64,000 nt of DNA, taken from Octopus vulgaris. Its lineage: Eukaryota. This document shows positions 25,861-38,232 of this stretch, one piece after another (position 1 is the stretch's first letter; every line of letters begins with the position of its first letter). The position numbers and the translations under genes are program-made. The notes under the pieces are model-generated. The model worked only from the letters and a program-made list of their open reading frames with translations, was not told the origin of the DNA and did not search any database. The DNA is taken from assembly GCA_951406725.2 (NCBI GenBank), contig OX597820.1:58466001-58530000 (forward strand), given 5' to 3'.

Positions 25861-26238
25861 GTGGAGGCGCAATGGCCCAGTGGTTAGGGCAGCGGACTCG
25901 CGGTCGTAGGATCGCGGTTTCGATTCCCAGACCGGGCATTGTGAGTGTTTATTGAGCGAAAACACCTAAAGCTTCACAAGGCTCCTGCAGGGGGGTGAAC
26001 CCTGCTGTACTCTTTCACCACAACTTTCTCTCACTCTTTCTTCCTGTTTCTGTTGTACCTGTATTTCAAAGGGCCAGCCTTGTCACACTCTGTGTCACGC
26101 TGAATCTCCTCGAGAACTACGTTAAGGGTACACGTGTCTGTGGAATGCTCATCCGCTTGCACGTTAATTCCACGAGCAAGCTGTTCCGTTGATCGTATCA
26201 GCTGGGACCCTCATCGTCGTAACCGACGGAGTGCTCCT
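25861..26238 (+). mobile_element. Young tRNA-derived SINE with 11-bp TSD
   Basis: A-box TGGCCCAGTGG, B-box GTTTCGATTCC. TSD ACTACCTTTCC at 25850-25860 and 26239-26249. Confidence 0.9.
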
Positions 26239-26279
26239 ACTACCTTTCCATGTGCTATGTGGCAGGCCTTTGACTTTAG

Positions 26280-27850
26280 CTGACTGATTTTAGCCCTTAT
26301 TATTGCTTTGTACTTTCTGAGAACAGCGCTGATCACCTTGATGTGATTGGTGTAAGACACTGTTACGATCTCTGCATCCTAGTTCGCGCGCGCTGTCCTT
26401 TACTATCCCTAGTTTTTTGCAGTAGTGAATCAAGAGTCGGTACAGTTAGAAAAAAATGAGAGGGTACAACATTGACGGATCTAGCGCATGATAATAAATG
26501 GTTCTGATAATTGGGCACTCACCCTATCACCGAGCAGATGTTGCTACACAATGAGGTGATCCAACCCCTGAAGACGTGACCAAAACCGACTGTGAGAAGA
26601 GCTGCCAAATATTGGTAATCGAACCTAATGGAAGCTTTCAATTGATCTAAGTTGAACAAGATTCCACTCGCGCCAGGTTCCTTGCCCACCCTCATGCGAT
26701 ACATCTTTATAAAGTATTACGTTTAGCGAAATTATGGGGTCCGAAATTATCAATGTAATTCCCCTTATTCAAAATGTTTCCCAGCAGTGCCACCGTTCCT
26801 CAGCTCACAGGACAGGTGGTTCTCACATTTTGCCGCCAAAAGCGGTAGATATCTTCCAAGAGTTTACCGAACGTAAAGCTCGTAGTGAAGACTATCCAAA
26901 CCAGAATGTTTGCACCCCACGCAACCAACCAACGTTTCCAGTATTTCCATAGCTATTATCCGCTTTTTGCAACTCTCTGCCTTCCTTGCCTAAAAATAGA
27001 ACACAGAGCTGCTCGAAAGCCGTATGCATCTATCACATTTTCAAGATTGTTAACCAAAGACTGAATTATGACTTTTGTTTCCACATTGCGCCTCTGCCGC
27101 TCGGGCCTCTTGGAACGGCTTTCGTTTTTTTTGTTTTTTTCTCTCGTCTCTGGCAATGCAGCTTTTGTGATTGTTTTACACTGATGGCAAATTTCGCCTC
27201 AAACACGTTGGTCACGATACCTTTCCAAAGCGCTTCTTCTAAGGCCTCCCACTCATCTAGTTTTCTCTATCGTTAGATACTCACTAAATCTTATCTAATT
27301 ACTCTAAAAACAATTTGTTGTTGGCAATTTTCTCAGTCAAACTTGTTGAAAGGCGTATTCAATTTCTGGTAACTGAGTCTCTATCAACGAAAATTAGATC
27401 AACAATTCAAACAACAAATTTATGTCTATGTAGCCAGTTTACGATATCTCTATCTATTCGCCAACAGAATACACTATCTACATACGATCTGAATAACCCG
27501 TTGCGGTTTATTTATGGTACATTCGCAAAACCTATATTTCGTACCTGTCAGGGAGTTGGAAACCTTTGAGCAAGTTTTAGAGATATTTGTACTACTTCTC
27601 CTGTCGGTTGATCCTACACAATCCCAGTGTGCATCCAAGATACCGTTCAAATCTAGCACTAGCACTAAATAATGGAACATTCCCAGAGAAGATGCTAGAT
27701 GCCTAAAAAAATCAGGCTATCCCGCCCCTGTCTGGGTTTAGATGACCATCGCTGCTAGTCACGCCCAGCCACACATACTTACCTTCTGGATCCAGAAAGA
27801 TACTGCGAGGTGCAGACATATGTGAAACGACATAAGGACTCTGCCGTTAC
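26280..27850 (-). mobile_element. Degenerate L1/Tx1-clade LINE (APE endonuclease to RT)
   Basis: LVLDLNGILDAHWDCVG (GDFN..LD..D-like) and LFNLDQLKASIRFDYQYLAALLTVGFGHVFRGWI (RT domain 3-like), similar to 19850-21790. Confidence 0.6.
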
Positions 27851-28075
27851 CAGTCGACTTATTGATATGTACACCTCGTTTCCTTCGTAAATGGGAGCGT
27901 AAATATTCTGGTCTGGCTGATGACTACCACATCTCCGTCAAGTTAGGCAGATGGCTTGTTTCCAATGCGGGTGAAAGTGAGAGTGACAACTTATTCCTGT
28001 AGAAGGACTGGCGATCCCTCCTTCCCATTAGTTGTGAGTATTCTCATCTATAAATCTTTGAACATTCTTTTATTT

Positions 28076-28390
28076 GTGGAGGCGCAATGGCGCAGTGGTT
28101 AGGGCAGCGGACTCGCGGTCGGAGGATCGCTGTTTCGATTCCCAGACCAGGCGTTATGTGTATTTATTGAGCGAAAACACCTAAAGCTCCACGAGGGTCC
28201 GGCAGGGGGTGATGGCGACCCCTGTTGTACTCTTTCGCCCCAACTTTCTCTCATTCTTTCTTCCTGTTTCTTGAGTAATGCTGCGATGGACTGGCGTCCC
28301 GTCCAGCTGGGGGGAAATATACGCCACAAAAACCGGGAAACCGGGCCCATGAGCCTGGCTAGGCTTGAAAAGGGCGCATAAATAAAAATA
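28076..28390 (+). mobile_element. Young tRNA-derived SINE with 12-bp TSD
   Basis: Same head as 25861. A-rich tail. TSD ATTCTTTTATTT at 28064-28075 and 28391-28402. Confidence 0.9.
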
Positions 28391-28791
28391 ATTCTTTTAT
28401 TTATTGTCCCTCGTAAATCTCCCTTTCCGTCGCGATATTTTTTTTGTCTTTGTTTTTTGCAAGTTTCTTGTGTAGTTTTTAGGGTTTATATGAAAGTTGT
28501 GAATGTTATTTTTTTATTGTCGTGTAGCCATTGTGTGTAGCGTTTATGTGTTAATGCATATGGTTCGTTAAGTCTTTGTTCGTATCTACGACCGTGTAGG
28601 TTATGATATTTCTTTGCGGATATTGTTCACGTTGCTCGTTTAGGTGCAGACTGAGTTATGTTAGTGTTTATCATGGTGTTTCCAGTGTTGGTGTTGTCTG
28701 TCTGCGACGGAGGCGGCAGTCGTGGTGATCGTGGCGGCGGTGGTAGTAGCGGTGGTCGTCGTGGTGGCAGAAGTCGTGGTATTATACTTCT

Positions 28792-29024
28792 AAGGCGGCG
28801 AGCTGGCAGAAACGTTAGCACGCCGGGCGAAATGCGTAGCCGTATTTCGACTGACTTTACGTTCTGAGTTCGAATTCCGCCGAGGTCGACTTTGCCTTTC
28901 ATCCTTTAGGGGTCGATTAAATAAGTACCAGTTACGCACTGGGGTCGATATAATCGACTTAATCCGTTTGTCTGTCCTTGTTTGTCCCCTCTGTGTGTAG
29001 CCCCTTGTGGGTAGTAAAGAAATA
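28792..29024 (+). mobile_element. Full-length AAGGCGGCGAGCTGGCAGAA-family SINE with 14-bp TSD
   Basis: TSD GGTATTATACTTCT at 28778-28791 and 29025-29038. Confidence 0.9.
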
Positions 29025-29351
29025 GGTATTATACTTCTTTCAACTATTCAAATCTGCCAGCTTGTGTGTGTGAGAGAGAGAGAGAGGGAGGGAGAGAGAT
29101 AGAGAGAGACCAGATTTCTTTCATCCTTTTTCCTCTTCCTCTCTTTTCCATTATCCATCTTGATCGCCTTCATTCCAGAACATATCTGAGTGATCTGAAT
29201 GGGTAAGGGGTTGTCTGGTAAGACGCTTACTTTCCAATAACATGGTTCTGAGTTCAGTACCACTGCGTGACACCTTGGCTAAGTATCTCTCGAGCCGACC
29301 GAAGCCTTGTGAGTAGATTTGGTAGACGGAAACTGAAAGCAGCCCGTCATT

Positions 29352-29531
<180 letters not shown>

Positions 29532-29943
29532 TAACGTCTCATAGAGTAGAATCAGATGAAAATTATAAAATAAAATAAAACCATAATGCCGCTATCTTTC
29601 GTTAAAGTGAGAGGGATAATGAAAGCCTTTGTTCGGCAATTTCCGTAAAAATTTTTTTTTTTCCAGCTGAATTTCGTATGTATATTTTTTGTGTATTATT
29701 ATTGTGTGTATTCATGTATATTTGCGTAAGTACTGTGTATGTATGTGTATCTGCGTATACGCATACATACGCAAATATACGTACATGCACATAAACTCAT
29801 ACATATACTTACATACACAAATATATAATAATTACATATACATGTGTGTATATATATATACACATACACAAATAAATACATGAGCATAGTACTTACACAA
29901 ATATACATACACACAATACATACACAAAAAAATACATAAACAT

Positions 29944-30340
29944 AGGCGTAGGAGTGGCTGTGTGGTAAGTAGCTTGCTAACCAACCACATGGTTCCGGGT
30001 TCAGTCCCACTGCGAGACACCTTGGGCAAGTGTCTTCAACTATAGCCTCTGGTCGACCAAAGCCTTGTGAGTGGATTTGGTAGACGGAAACTGAAAGAAG
30101 CCCGTCGTATATATATGTGTATGTGTGTGTGTGTGTGTGTGTTTGTCCCCCCCCCCCAACGTCGCTTGACAACCGATGCTGGTGTGTTTATGTCCCCGTA
30201 ACATTAGCGGTTCGGCAAAAGAGACCGATAGAATAAGTACTAGGCTTACAAAGAATAAGTCCTGGGGTCGATTTGTTCGTCTAAATGCGGTGCTCCAGCA
30301 TGGACACAATTAAAAAGTACTGAAACAAGTAAAAGAGTAT
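29944..30340 (+). mobile_element. Full-length CORE-like tRNA-derived SINE
   Basis: TGGCTGTGTGGTAAG A-box, GGTTCAGTCCC B-box, CCTTGGGCAAGTG. Related copies at ~1805-2165, 5125-5545, 18480-18650, 48340-48715 (-) and 55075-55695. Confidence 0.85.
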
Positions 30341-31619
30341 AAGCGCTTTAGCTAAAAAAAAACAATTTTTTAAGAAATAAAAATTTTGTACAAAAATTGC
30401 CGAACATTTTTATTATCCCTCTACCTTTATCGAAAGATAGACCAGAATCCTGTCTATTATAGGCACAAGGCTTGAAATTTTGTGGAGGGGACTAGTTGAT
30501 TACATCAACCCCAGTAGCCAACTGGTACTTATTTTATCGACTCCAAAAGGATGAAATTCAAAGTCGACCTCGGCGGAATTTGAACTCAGAACGTAAGGAC
30601 GGACGAACTGTCACTAAGCATTTTGCCCGGCATGCTAACGATTCTGGGCAAAACACTTAGCGGCATTTCGTCCGTCGTTGCGTTCTAAGCTCAAATTTCG
30701 CCGATGCGGTGCATAAACACGAATTACTTAAGAATCATCTATTTTTTATCTATGGGAGGTAACTATATCATATACTATAACCACCGTTATATCGATTAAG
30801 GAAGAGTTGCGTCCCTTTAATATGAGACGACATGCAAGAGTATTTTAAAATTTATATTACTTCGTAGTTTCTAATATGTAAAATCCAGTTTTCTTTCACC
30901 AAACTACTACCTCGTATTGATGCTCCTTGATATTTGTCAAAAGCTACATTGACCAAAATATTGTTCATCGCCATAGTAAACAACAGAAGAGAGGGTGGTT
31001 AAGACAGTAACTGTGTATCAAGATGAAAAAGTTAATCCGTTACCGAATTATAAGGACCTATCACAGCCCGTCTTAAGTTCAAATACCCCTGTATATGCTT
31101 TTTTGCTATTTTACGCTTGTTTTGTTGTTCCTAGACTAGGAATTACTATTTATCATTAATATTTTGATGGATTTAATGAAAAATTTTAGGCGTTCATATA
31201 TATATATTTAAAATCCTCTAAGTCGTAATAGTTGAACCGCAAAGTAGCAAGGGCTCACCGTATTGCAAGAAACAGCTAAGTTTCCTTTCTCTAACGTTTT
31301 ACATGGCTCAACTCATGAGTTATCGTGTAAAAAAACAAAATTGGACTTTTGAAAGAAATGTCAATAAAACTAGTTTTTATGCACCAAATGGCTTTGGAGC
31401 TCCATCAGAACAGAGCAGTAATCAAAGGGGTCCATAGATAAAAAAATATGGTTAAAGACCACTTCTTTAGAGAAGACTCTTTTGTTTCTATATAGGTGAA
31501 TCTTTACTATCATCATTCAATATGTTCTTTAACTTTAGCCAGCTCTTTCACTTGAAACAGACCTTGTTACTTGCTCCTTTGCCAAAAGGATCTTTACCAA
31601 TTTGAAAGAATGTCTTTTT

Positions 31620-32096
31620 GAGCGCTAAGAGCACCATCCGAGCGTGATCATTGCCAGAGCGTGCTAGTGGAGCGCTAAGAGCACCACCTGAGTGTAATCA
31701 TTGCCAGAGCAGCTGACAGGCTTCCATGCCAGTGGCACATAAAAAGCACCATTCGAGCGTGATCGTTACCAGTGTCACCTTACTGGCACGTGAAAAAACA
31801 TTTGAGCAAGGTTGTTGCCAGTGCCATTGGACTGGCTCCTGTACAGGTGGCACGTAAAAGAAACCATTCGAGAGTGGCCATTGCCAGTACCGCCTGACTG
31901 GCCCTTGTGTCAGTGGCACGTAAAAGCACCCACTACTCTCTCGGAGTGGTTGGCATTAGGAAGGGCATCCAGCTGTAGAAACTCTGCCAGATCAGATTGG
32001 AGCCTGATGCAGCCATCTGGTTTGTCAGTCCTCAGTCAAATCGTCAAACCCATGCTAGCATGGAAAGCGGACATTAAACAATGATGATGATGATGC
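31620..32096 (+). mobile_element. (GAT)n-tailed SINE/repeat with internal tandem GTGGCACGTAAAAAGCACC units
   Basis: Ends GGTTGGC.TTAGGAAGGGCATCCAGC...AACCCATGCTAGCATGGAAAGCGGAC.TTAAAC.ATGATGATG. Other copies at 55225-55468, 58945-59243, 62690-63063 and, inverted, ~59797-59980. Confidence 0.85.
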
Positions 32097-32348
32097 TCCC
32101 CATAGTGATTTCTATTCACCTCTGCACTAATAAAAAAACATTCCATTCAAAGATCACCTTTGTCCATCTGCCATCCTACTAAATGTACACAATCACCAAA
32201 TATAGTCAATACTTCTGCAAGAATGGGTCAACAAAAGAGCTTCTATTTGATCTGCTAAAAATATCAGCCAAATCTCTTCAAATAACACTTCTATTTATAT
32301 AACTAGGGATATATTAATTATAATAATAATAATAATAATAATAATAAT

Positions 32349-32982
32349 TGTGTACAGTGCTCAGGTGCACTACAAGTCATCTAAAGTGTATATATAATCA
32401 GGTGTAGTTTCGGTGGATTTCGGAAAGCATGAAGGCCTTAAAGGATGCAGTGTCATCGCAGTCAACAACTGACGCAGGCAGTTTATTCCATGCTTCAGCA
32501 ACTCTGAGCATGAAAAAATGTTTCCGAAAGTCATGGGAGCTGTGTTGTTTTCTGACTTTGTAGGCATGTCCACGTGTGTTAGACACATGGAGATCAAAAA
32601 GGTGTTCAGTGTTGTTGTTGGTGAGGTGGTTGATAACTTTGTGGATGTTTACCAAGTCCGTCGCCAGACGCCGGAGCTTCAGTGAATCCATGCCCAGGGA
32701 AACAAGGCGCTCAGAATATGGTAGGTGTCTGATGGTGGGTATGCGTTTGGTTGCACATCTCTGGACAGATTCCAGGAGGTCAATGTTCTGAGCAAGATAG
32801 GGGTTCCAAACTGATGATGCGAATTCCAAGTGTGGTCGTACCATAGCTGTATACAGTTTTAAATAGATGGCTGGAGAGCGGCTAACAAAAGTCTTGCTGA
32901 GTGATGCCAAGACACCCTCGGCCTTCTTGACAATTTTAGAGATATGCTTTGTCCAACGCAAATCACTGCTGACAGTGATGCC
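32349..32982 (-). mobile_element. 5'-truncated CR1-clade LINE 3' end with (ATT)n tail
   Basis: ORF 32398-32961 has LYTAMVRPHLEF...TRGHAYK...FFMLRVAEAWNKLP. Near-identical to 51930-52562. (AAT)n on + at ~32319-32348. Confidence 0.92.
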
Positions 32983-34651
32983 CTTTTTATGATTACAGCT
33001 TCAGAATCTTTGATAATTGGTCAGTTTGATCTGGGTTAACCTCATTCTAAACAACAACAACAACTATCCCATTTGCAAGCTGTATCCGCCTTCTATATCT
33101 GTCTATTTTTACTATAATTGTCCTGTTCCTCTGAACTATTAAGTTGTCTAGTACCCATCTTTAAAAACACTTAATCTAACTACTTTTCTTCCACTCATCT
33201 GCTCTGACCCACTTACCAAACACTGCATTTAATACACTAATTCTTCTTTTCTTGAACTGAGGCACACCCCACCACTCTCACCCTACCACACACACACTAT
33301 CCACATTCTTTCTACACACTATAGAGGATCATACTATAGGAGGATCATCTATAGAGGATCATACTAAATATCAAAGACAGCAATTTCACTAATGCTAGAA
33401 AACCTACAAAAGACATAGACACTTCCTTTGCTCCACTGACTAATTCTGAACAAAAAAAAAGGAACAAAAAAAATGGTAGAGCACCAGATCAAATGGTCTG
33501 TGGTATTTCACTGCCTCTCTCTTGCATTCTGAGTTAAAATCCCTCTTGGGGCTGACTCTGATTTTCAATTTTCTTGGATCAAGAAGACATGATGTTAATT
33601 CAAATGGTCTACCCACCTCCCATAGTCTTTGAACTAAATTTAGAGATCATCAACATTGTTTAATCATTATCAGCAACAGCATTATTCAATCATCATCATC
33701 ATCATCATCATCCTTAGCAATTCCCTAAATGAAAACCCTGACACTCTTAATTCAACCACTCTAATACACCACATCCATCAACTCTTCCTTCCATGATTTA
33801 CTGGGGTCCCATGACTGTTGGATGAAAGAGAGTAACTATCCTTACACACAGAAACCTGACCTAACAGTTTATAAAATAGAGTTCCAGAACTCATGTCTCT
33901 TATCAATGTTCCACTATTCTTCTACCTTACTTATCATGCTTCCATGGTGATTTTTTCCCAAGGCCATCTCCACCACATGTCTATGCCATTGTATCTTTTT
34001 TTTTTTTGTAAGTAGTTTATATATATTGTTACATATTATCTCTTCATAATGTTCTTATATTCAATGCCACTGGTCAAGATTATTTTTCTAATAAATTTTG
34101 TATAATTATTTCATTATATTCTTTATTTCAGTGAATTTCTCATCTATCCATGATGCATTAAGGAATATGAAAGACTAGAGAATGACATTCTCAAGCAAAC
34201 ATATAACATTGGTTATTTAACTCTGAAGAAACTTCATTTGTTGTCTGGAAATATTTACTGGATTTATATTGTGGATAAACTTGGGAAATTCAAAAGTAAA
34301 CTTGAACAGAATGATGTGTTTCCATACTGGATATATCTTAATAACTGGAGCAAGTAGTATCAGTTTGAGTTGTTCATTTCTAACTACAAGACAAAAAAGA
34401 ATATGCTATGAATCTCTTCTAAAATGAACTTCAAAAATATTTCTTTACAGCTGAGGCATATCTACAGATATTTACAATTTTTATTGTTTCTTGTCAAGAG
34501 ATGATATGTCGTAAATTCATTGTAAATACATTGTAAATTCAGCAGCCAAATTTTGAACTCCTGACCTTGAAGTTAATAATAACTTTGTTAGCATGTTATT
34601 TCACTTAAAGAAAGGATTTTCATTTGTATTTAATGAATACTACTTGATATT

Positions 34652-35482
34652 ATGGAAGAGAAAGCGTATGACACTCAGGTTGGTGATGAAACTCAATCTG
34701 ATTGTAAAGATTTATCTCGCCAGGCACAAGTACAGATAAATAAAAATTCATACAGGTGTGATATCTGCCTTAAAGTCTTCTTCCAGAATGAGCTTTTGTC
34801 TTACCACAAATGTATTCATACATGTGAGAGACGATACCAACATGATATCTGCAGTAAAGTATTCCCAATGCATAATAAATGAATAAGCCGTAAAAGTGTT
34901 CACACAGGTGTGAAACATGATTGTGATATTTGTCACAAATCATTTTCCCAGAGAGAATATTTGTCTGTTCACAAACGTATTCATACAGGGGAGAAACCAT
35001 ACCACTGTGATATCTGTAGTAAAACATTCTCTCAGTGTAGTAAACTAACAAGCCGTAAAAGTATTCACATAGATGAGAAGCCATACGTCTGTGATATCTG
35101 TAGCAAATCATTCTCCGGCAAAGAATATTTGAATATTCATAAACGTGTTCATACAGGGGAGAAACCATATTGTTGTGATATCTGTGATAAATCATTCTCT
35201 CGAAGAGAACATATGATTCTTCATAAACGTATTCATACAGGTGAAAAACCATATCTCTGTGATGTTTGCAGTAAAACCTTCTCTCAGAAAGAACTATTGA
35301 TTAGTCATAAACAAATTCATACAGGTGAAAAACCTTATCAGTGTGATGTTTGTGGAAAAAGATTCTCTAGAGAAAATCAATTAATTAGACACATACGTAT
35401 TCATACAGGCGGGAAACCACATAACTGTGATATTTGTGGTAAAGAATTTTCACACAAGAGCAATTTAACTTCAGGTGTGTGA
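34652..35482 (+). pseudogene. Disrupted tandem C2H2 zinc-finger gene (9 repeats; in-frame TGA in repeat 2; last finger truncated)
   Basis: ORFs 34652-34882 and 34910-35482 share one frame, split by TGA at 34880-34882. HTGEKPY linkers. The N-terminus resembles that of 44150. Candidate acceptor TTTCAG at ~34126-34131. Confidence 0.8.
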
Positions 35483-36179
35483 GGAACCATGCATCTCATA
35501 TCTTTGGTGAGACAGTATCTTAAAAGTTAGTGTCTTATCCTAACCAGACATACTAATTAAACTTTATTTAAATTGTAAGATCATAATACTCTATAAAATC
35601 ATGTAAGACTTCTCTGGCATACCTTCATCATTTTACCATCCAGTTTCCCATGGCATCATTCTTCTCATACTCATATTTATCTTGTCTCTGAGGATCAACA
35701 TCTTTAGATCTTACCTTATTGCTTCCTTTCATACTTTCCCTGCTTTTCCTCTACTCAAGGAAGATACAGAACCAGGAAGCTCATAACTTTTTCTTTCCCC
35801 CTAGCTGCCAGCCATTTTCATTATAGATTCTTCTCCTGAATGTGTTAGCCATTACCTTTAACAAGCCAGTTGCTTTCTCAAATTAGTGTTATCTTGTATT
35901 TTAGGAACCTTAATAGTGCACATTGATAGACAATTCTCAATGTTTTCCAGTCTCTGCTCACTGCAATCAAATTTCACTTACAATATTGCATAGTACTTCT
36001 TATATTTGCTTTATACAACTTGCTTTTGCACGAAGTATTTTGTCGTATACAAATATCTTTCTTTCTTTAGTTGTTATGCAAATATTACAACCATTATTAC
36101 TTAACACAAATAATCTACTATTTTAAGTGAGCCTTTTTAAATGTTCTTCCTAATAAGATCTGGTCAATCAACAATTGCT

Positions 36180-36520
36180 GATACTCTGCAAATTCTCAAG
36201 TGATGCCCTCAATGGAACATTGCTCCCATATCTGGGGCAGTGCACCTGTTAAACAAACAGATATCCTGAACCACATCCATGGAAAGACCACTCAACTTAA
36301 TAGCATAAAGTCATGCTCCAGTCTCTCACTTAAAAGTCTGTTGTCTCTGCTTTCAGCCCTTTCTGTTACTAGTATAATGGCCTTTAATTCTCCACTTCTG
36401 GTCACCCTTGTTGTATCTAATCCCTTCCGAGACCGCTCACTAACCACTATGTCCAGCACTTCTGCTCTAGAATATCAGCCCTTTCAAATTTCCTCCCTGT
36501 TCATGTCTTTCCTGGAAAGG
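36180..36520 (+). mobile_element. Old CR1/Jockey-group RT C-terminal relic
   Basis: QVMPSMEHCSHIWGSAP resembles AQVRPxMEYCSHxW. A similar relic lies on - at ~39330-39490 (ILYKAQMMLTVEHFSLMW). Confidence 0.5.
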
Positions 36521-38232
36521 ATCAGAAAGATTTTCTTTATATTGGTAATTTATTTGTTATAGCAATGGTTGTCATACTGACTAACATTAGTCCCATCCGC
36601 TATAAAAATATTAGTCAAATTTCTTGCTCTATCTTCTCTTTAATAATAAGTGAACAAAACAATGTTTGTATCTTTATCCCTTCTAAACTGTCTTAATTTT
36701 ATTAAAAATGGTAATTTTGGGGCCCCGTTTTCAATTTTCACAGCCAGCACCATCTCCTTATGAGAAATACTGGCTTAAGACAACACTAAGATGTCATTGG
36801 AAGTAGATTTTGCTGTTAGAAAGTGATTGGTGTTAGGAAGGTCCCAGCCATAGAAATAACACCAAAAACAGAACAAGAAATTCAATTTGTTTAATGTCCT
36901 ACCAACCTACAACACACTTCTCTAACTGTACCCCACACACACATACCACACCCCCACCATTCACCTACTTTAACATTATGTCAAACTGTTAAGTTAGGAC
37001 AAAAATACATTTGACAGTTATTGATTTAAAGGGTTTTGTAAGCTTGCAAGGTGATAATGTTTCTAACCTTTGCTGTACTTTCATAAATATCTTACTCTGA
37101 CTGAGGATTGCTGCTGATGTAGCAATTATATATCAGTAGCAGAAACTACTATTATCAACTTCATAAATGAATAGGCAAATCATTCACACTCTATTAATGC
37201 AGTATTGAGTACTCTTTCAATTTGTCATACCTAGATAACTATGCTCCTGGTGGCTTCAATCCAGATAAGAACTACCAACAAAGAGTAGAACACCCAAGCC
37301 ACAAAGCAATATGGGACCACTATATAAAAGTTGTACCAGATGACTAATAAAAAGATAGAACCATTACTTAAATGGTAAGTATTCTTCTTTGACAGAGGTT
37401 TGTCCAATTCACCCTTAGGACATTTTCAGTTTCAAATCAAACAAAAAAATGCTTAAAGAACTTAGCTAGACTTCAGGAAGATCTTGTTAAACACATTATA
37501 AATGTCAAATTCAACAACAGAATCAATTGATTTCAGAATTCATTAAAAAAATTTTGACATCCTTGTCAAAAATTTCCCCTATCTTTGTAAAAAAGAAGCT
37601 AAGACACAAAATATATATAAAACCAATCAAATTCCGGCGTTTGTTTCATAACTATTTCGGAAATTAATAATATATTAGTGTCACAATAGAAATTATTAAT
37701 TCACATGCATCTGTGGAAATTAACACCATGTAAACTGATTGACTTGACTGCTTTTTGTATGTATGTACAAATATTTAATGCCTTGCATAATACTGTGGTA
37801 TTATGCTGGTCCCTAGTTTTGCTACTATATTGCTAATTATGTGATATATGTATTGTTTTATTAGTATTAATGTTATTGGAAATAAGAACAATGATATTGG
37901 TAGCATTAATGATATTGATAACAGTATTGATGTTAACATTAATGACTTTTTGTAAATTAATATAAGGTAATACTGACTCTATATATCTGCATTGAAGTAT
38001 GAATATGTCTATGTTCTCTACGTTGTAATATCTTAATATTAAGTTGAAAAACATTGAATATGGAACATATATATATATTTTATTGATTTATATTATTTGT
38101 ATTATTATGTATATGTATATGTGTATGTATAAGAGTATGAGTATATGCACTCATATATATATGTAAATGATTTATTATGGGTATGTACCCACACTTATAT
38201 GAGTATATATGTAATTTGGTTTATACTTTAGA

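Noticed and set aside
25861-25940. tRNA-like sequences (also 28076, 29944, 9526)
   Set aside because: They are SINE heads continuing into shared bodies, some with TSDs; no convincing cloverleaf, so not called as tRNA genes.
28627-28902. Pro/Gly/Arg-rich ORFs
   Set aside because: A GC-rich trinucleotide low-complexity tract joined to a SINE head.
31620-31930. Repeat-spacer-like periodicity resembling a CRISPR array
   Set aside because: The 'spacers' are homologous to each other, the unit is part of a dispersed SINE, there are no cas genes, and the context is eukaryotic.
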